Shown here one piece after another: positions 59,887 through 64,000 of a stretch of DNA of 64,000 nt. Both the position numbers and the translations under genes were made by a program. The notes below the pieces were generated by a model that was not told the origin of the DNA, searched no databases, and saw only the letters and a list, made by a program, of their open reading frames with translations. The first letter of the stretch is position 1, and every line of letters begins with the position of its first letter. The stretch is from an uncultured Pseudomonadota bacterium (GTDB lineage Bacteria; Babelota; Babeliae; Babelales; JAUPTZ01): assembly GCA_964429275.1 (NCBI GenBank), contig CAYSBJ010000001.1, positions 62,001-126,000 of the forward strand, given 5' to 3'.

Positions 59887-60705
59887 TTACTTGAGAGATA
59901 GAAGCCCCGTATCCCCAATCCTGACCATCCCCTCTTGAGCCAACCGCTCAAGAATGGCCAAAAATTTCTTGCCACTGGCCGTTTTGCCGATGTCAGCCTG
60001 CACGTATGCTGCAAGTTCTTCATGTCGCAACACAGAATACTGAACTAAAATACGAATAATAGCGCCGCGAATTTGGCGATCTGATCCTTCAAATTTTGAT
60101 TGCACCACATGGTGTTTGCTTTGGCGGCTTGGGTTTTTTTGCGTTTTCTTAAGCATTACCCCATAATCCATTAAAGCGTAGTACCATTGCCGCGGATCCT
60201 CCCCTTCAACCGCTTGCGCAACAAGCGGCATTAGTTGCTTATCATGAATTCCTTCTTGATCAGGGAAAAAAAAGTTGATAAAAACCGCACGAATATTTGT
60301 TTCTATAAACACAGTAGGTACCCTGTATGCAAATGCTGCAATCGAGCATGCTGTGGCATATCCTATCCCGGGCAATTTCTCTAAATGCTCTGGTTTTTCT
60401 GGAACCTTTCCACCATGTTTTACTACAATTTCTTGGGCTGCCATGTGCAAAAATTTTGCACGACGATTGTATCCCAAGCCTTGCCATGCGCCAAGAACAT
60501 TTGCCAATGAGGCGGCTGCCAGCGACTCTAAAGTGGGAAAGAGCCCAATAAACTGAAGAAACTTCGGCTCAACCCGATAAGTCTGTGTCTGCTGCAACAT
60601 AATCTCAGATACTAAAACGTAATATGGATTCTCTGTATCACGCCAGGGGAATGGCCGCTTGTACGTGCTATAGTAGGCATGTATTGCAGCTTTAAAGGCA
60701 TCCAA
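59887..60705 (-). CDS. mutY: A/G-specific adenine glycosylase, short form without Fe-S cluster
   Basis: FPWR, VSEIMLQQT, WQGLGYNRRA, LPGIGYATA, ALMDYG; no four-Cys motif. Confidence 0.88.
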   Translation of the reverse strand: MDAFKAAIHAYYSTYKRPFPWRDTENPYYVLVSEIMLQQTQTYRVEPKFLQFIGLFPTLESLAAASLANVLGAWQGLGYNRRAKFLHMAAQEIVVKHGGKVPEKPEHLEKLPGIGYATACSIAAFAYRVPTVFIETNIRAVFINFFFPDQEGIHDKQLMPLVAQAVEGEDPRQWYYALMDYGVMLKKTQKNPSRQSKHHVVQSKFEGSDRQIRGAIIRILVQYSVLRHEELAAYVQADIGKTASGKKFLAILERLAQEGMVRIGDTGLLSLK

Positions 60706-61324
60706 GGTCGCCTCTCTTTGACGTTTCTAGTTTTTCTAGAGGCACGCAATTAAATACAAAATAATTGTCTTTGCTATAGGACGAACAACATTCTTTCTTA
60801 TTTACTGGCAGGAGACAACTCGGTTCCCCCTTCCTGCGCGGTGAACAGCCAGGCTCACGATACACCCAAGATGCAATAAGAATGTGGTCATCTACCACCC
60901 TTGCTTGAAAAGAGCAGTAGATCAGTCCACTGGAAGACAGAATCCACGATACAGAAGCGTTTTCGTGGCAAGCACGGAAAACCTCAAAATCCATAGCATT
61001 ATTAAACATGATATGAATAATAACCCGAAACCTCGATCCCCAAGGATAACGATTCTGACAAAAAAGAGGGCGCCTCAAAACAAAAGGAAATTCTATCGGC
61101 GCATAACACAATTCAAACCAATAAAAGCGCCCAAAAGAGCAACAGTTAGTTGCTTTTGGCTCTACCCACAAAACCTGAGATTTTTTTTGCTTATAAACCC
61201 ACTCAAGCAATTCCTTATTAAAATCTTTCATCGCAGAAAGAACACTCGCGGTCATATCCCTGTGCGGCTGATCTGCCCCAGCGAGAAAACCTGAGAGGCC
61301 TAAAAAAAGTAATAGTATTCTCAC
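60692..61324 (-). CDS. Hypothetical Cys-rich protein with signal peptide
   Basis: Signal-like N-terminus; fills the gap and overlaps the mutY start. Confidence 0.5.
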   Translation of the reverse strand: MRILLLFLGLSGFLAGADQPHRDMTASVLSAMKDFNKELLEWVYKQKKSQVLWVEPKATNCCSFGRFYWFELCYAPIEFPFVLRRPLFCQNRYPWGSRFRVIIHIMFNNAMDFEVFRACHENASVSWILSSSGLIYCSFQARVVDDHILIASWVYREPGCSPRRKGEPSCLLPVNKKECCSSYSKDNYFVFNCVPLEKLETSKRGDLGCL

Positions 61325-61495
61325 ATCATTCTCTAATTTAATTTCAGCACTAAAAAGCGGTAGGAAGTATAGCCAGCCTAGCCGTTACACAGCAAGAAAA
61401 ATTTTCCAAGAAAACGCAAAAATATTGACTCTTTGACTGCAAAACATTCAAGCTGGAATAATAGATCTACACTAAAACAAAATGAAAGGCTATTT

Positions 61496-62350
61496 ATGAA
61501 CGCTACATCTACTAATAAAAAATTATTGCTTCTCTTATGTACTCTTTTCAACGCAGACCTCCTTGCGAATGAGGCGCAAGTGCAGCCATTCGCGGCCGAA
61601 GGTAAATTGGAGCCCCTTAGTCTCCAGTCCCCCATAAACATCAGTACCAAAGTAGGTGGCGGCACTACTAACAGTGATCTGCCAGATATACAGTTTAATT
61701 ACCCAAATACGCTTCCTTTTAAGCTCTCATTCAATGGCCATACAATGCAAGCTGATGTCGATCAAAGTAGCCCTGTAAAGGCGACTATTACACTTAATAC
61801 TGATCCAACAAACCCGGCGTCAACAAACACAGTCTATGAATTAAAACAGTTTCACACTCACAGCCCAGGCGAACATCAAATAGACGGCAGTCGCAGCACA
61901 GTCGAATGGCACTTCGTACATCAATCAGCAAACGGAGACCGGGTTGTTATTGGCGTATTAATGGACGACGGCGCAGAGACCACACCAGCCTATCGCACGA
62001 TTTTAGATACACTCAAGAGCAACCTGCCTGGCGAAGGCCACCATTTGAGTGATAACCAGCCGCTTGGCCAATGCTCGCTCGCAGTACGAACACTTATTCC
62101 TGATGATCAGCGTTGCTGGCGCTACAAAGGTTCCCTGACATCAGCTCCATACTCTCCAGTGTACTGGTGTGTTGTACGTAAAAAAACAAGCATAACCGAG
62201 AGTGATCTTAATACCTTATTCACTGCAATGAAGGTGAACACTCGACCAGTCCAAAATCTTGAGAACCGCTCGGTTATATTTGATACGACTCTTGGTAGCA
62301 GCACAAAAGGGCAGGACAACAGCTCAATGAAAGCGAATCGCTCGAGATAA
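61496..62350 (+). CDS. Secreted alpha-class carbonic anhydrase
   Basis: QSPINI, QFHTHSPGEH, EWHFVH, RYKGSLT, RPVQ. Confidence 0.9.
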   Translation: MNATSTNKKLLLLLCTLFNADLLANEAQVQPFAAEGKLEPLSLQSPINISTKVGGGTTNSDLPDIQFNYPNTLPFKLSFNGHTMQADVDQSSPVKATITLNTDPTNPASTNTVYELKQFHTHSPGEHQIDGSRSTVEWHFVHQSANGDRVVIGVLMDDGAETTPAYRTILDTLKSNLPGEGHHLSDNQPLGQCSLAVRTLIPDDQRCWRYKGSLTSAPYSPVYWCVVRKKTSITESDLNTLFTAMKVNTRPVQNLENRSVIFDTTLGSSTKGQDNSSMKANRSR

Positions 62351-62432
62351 AAAATAACAGCCTATTTAACTCGGTTTGGATCCTGCATAAAGCGCGTCAG
62401 GCTCGAATTAATGCAAGAGAAAGACTTCTCAT

Positions 62433-62482
62433 ATACTCCCTGTTTGTTTTAGAACTAAAACAAGCAGGGAGTATTGTTTTTA
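62433..62482 (+). terminator. Intrinsic terminator
   Basis: ATACTCCCTGTTTGTTTTAG / CTAAAACAAGCAGGGAGTAT then TGTTTTTT. Confidence 0.8.
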
Positions 62483-62606
62483 TTATGGTAAAGTTGTGAC
62501 AATAGCACGCTTCCGCTACACGGCAAAAAACTCCACTAGGTCCCCCGCAATTTTTTCGCTATACTACCTGCCTGTAATTTAAAAATCATAATTCCCAGGA
62601 CCCTTT

Positions 62607-63521
62607 ATGAACGGCACCATCCTTCTCTACTACAAATATGTAGCCATCGAACACCCAGACCAAGTTATGAAATGGATTCGCCCCCTCTGCGAACGCTTAA
62701 ACCTCAAAGGGCGCATTCTTATCGGCACAGAAGGCATCAACGGCACGGTCGGCGGCAGCGTCGATGAGATCGAGCAGTTCAAAAAAGAATTCTTAGCCAA
62801 TCCTCTTTTCGCTGGAACCGACCTGAAGGAAAGCGCTGGTTCTGCAAGGCATTTTCCCCGATTGATGGTAAAAGTAAAGAAAGAAATAGTGGCTCTTGGG
62901 ATTGATCCAGAAGCGCTAACGGTGAAAGACACAGGAACCCATCTTTCGCCAGACGAAGTTCATGAGCTCATTAAGACCAATAAAGAACTTGTTATTCTTG
63001 ATACCCGCAATGATTATGAGTCGCGCATTGGTAAGTTTACCAACGCCATAACTCCAGACCTCAAAACATTCAGAGATTTCCCTGCATACATCGAAGACAA
63101 TCTTGAAACATTCAAAGATAAAGAAGTCCTTATGTATTGCACCGGCGGAATCCGATGCGAACGAGCTACAGCAGTACTAAATGTGAAGAAAGTAGCCAAA
63201 AAAGTTTATCAAATAAATGGTGGTATATGCCGCTACGTCGAAAAGTACCCAGACGGGTTTTTTCGCGGTAAAAACTACGTATTTGATGATCGAATTGCAC
63301 TCACAGTAAATGATGACATCCTCACCAATTGCGACGTTTGCCAAAAACCAGCCGATACGTACACCAATTGCATCAACACCCTCTGCAACAAGCAATTTAT
63401 TGCCTGCGCGACTTGTCGTGAGACCCATGACTATACTTGCTCACAAAACTGTCTTGACGGTATTTTACGCGGTATCGCAAAACCTCGTAAAAATAAAGTT
63501 GGTGTTATTGCTTCCCTCTAA
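62607..63521 (+). CDS. trhO: Rhodanese-domain tRNA U34 hydroxylase (UPF0176)
   Basis: LLYYKY, EGINGT, LDTRNDYE, YCTGGIRCE, YVFDDR. Confidence 0.88.
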   Translation: MNGTILLYYKYVAIEHPDQVMKWIRPLCERLNLKGRILIGTEGINGTVGGSVDEIEQFKKEFLANPLFAGTDLKESAGSARHFPRLMVKVKKEIVALGIDPEALTVKDTGTHLSPDEVHELIKTNKELVILDTRNDYESRIGKFTNAITPDLKTFRDFPAYIEDNLETFKDKEVLMYCTGGIRCERATAVLNVKKVAKKVYQINGGICRYVEKYPDGFFRGKNYVFDDRIALTVNDDILTNCDVCQKPADTYTNCINTLCNKQFIACATCRETHDYTCSQNCLDGILRGIAKPRKNKVGVIASL

Positions 63522-63605
63522 AACCACATAAATATTGTTTTTACCCTGAGCATGTCTATATCTTTTTAGCAAAAGTAACTTACGATTTTTGCTAGAAAGG
63601 CCCGC

Positions 63606-64000
63606 ATGCTCATTTTTTTGCTTTGTACATTTTTACTGGCCAACAACACGATTATAAACGGCTTTGGCTATTCGCAACGCAGACCAGTAGTGCAAAAAAC
63701 AGTCGCTGCCCCCGCACAACCAGCAGCCCCAGTAACGCCAACTTTTGCACAATTGCAAGCGGAATTCGAAGAAAAAACAAGCGGTCCATCAGAAATGGGA
63801 AACACCGTCCTCAAGGGCCTTGCCTCTTTCTATGCAAGCATAGCTCAATTATTGGCGCAACAACGCAGCGCTGATTGGAAAGGCTATTTTTCTAGCGGTG
63901 CCGGCACAAACGCTCTTGGCAGCCTCTCGAGCCGCATACAAGAAGCAAACGCACTTATAAGCGCGCTGTCAACGCAAAAACCTACCGCGGCCTCGGGAAC
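63606..64000 (+). CDS. Secreted hypothetical protein, truncated by the window edge
   Basis: GAAAGG RBS, ATG 63606, MLIFLLCTFLLANN..., frame open to the end of the window. Confidence 0.7.
   Translation, partial: MLIFLLCTFLLANNTIINGFGYSQRRPVVQKTVAAPAQPAAPVTPTFAQLQAEFEEKTSGPSEMGNTVLKGLASFYASIAQLLAQQRSADWKGYFSSGAGTNALGSLSSRIQEANALISALSTQKPTAASG

Noticed and set aside
62351..62432. Structured RNA between carbonic anhydrase and its terminator
   Set aside because: Pairing is weak and there is no separate promoter, so it is treated as 3' UTR.

Overview
A gene-dense bacterial window of about 50 CDS. Housekeeping genes (acpS, cdd, comM, uvrC, a split atp operon, zwf-gnd, groES/EL, membrane PPase, gltX, mutY, trhO) are interleaved with many signal-peptide-bearing orphan or eukaryote-like proteins (ankyrin, PP2C, fasciclin, secreted HD hydrolases, alpha-carbonic anhydrase). 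This content fits a host-associated bacterium, and Dependentiae/TM6 is my inference only. The main hunt results are: (1) seven exported proteins share a hydrophobic helix-coil-helix hairpin module that carries different payloads, a candidate modular effector family; (2) two loci pair predicted outer-membrane beta-barrels with giant secreted proteins that share a ~550-aa C-terminal domain, a candidate undescribed export or surface-display system; (3) a ~220-nt near-identical leader precedes two highly diverged paralogs that end in NLS/CDK-like motifs; (4) a promoter-to-terminator ~110-nt sRNA candidate lies downstream of atpA; (5) two SAMHD1-like HD proteins carry signal peptides; (6) Na+-type signatures occur in both AtpE and the PPase; (7) a four-site operator-like array precedes a DUF4143 ATPase. 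I saw no tRNA, rRNA, CRISPR array, integrase or transposase. All calls come from reading motifs by eye, with no database searches.
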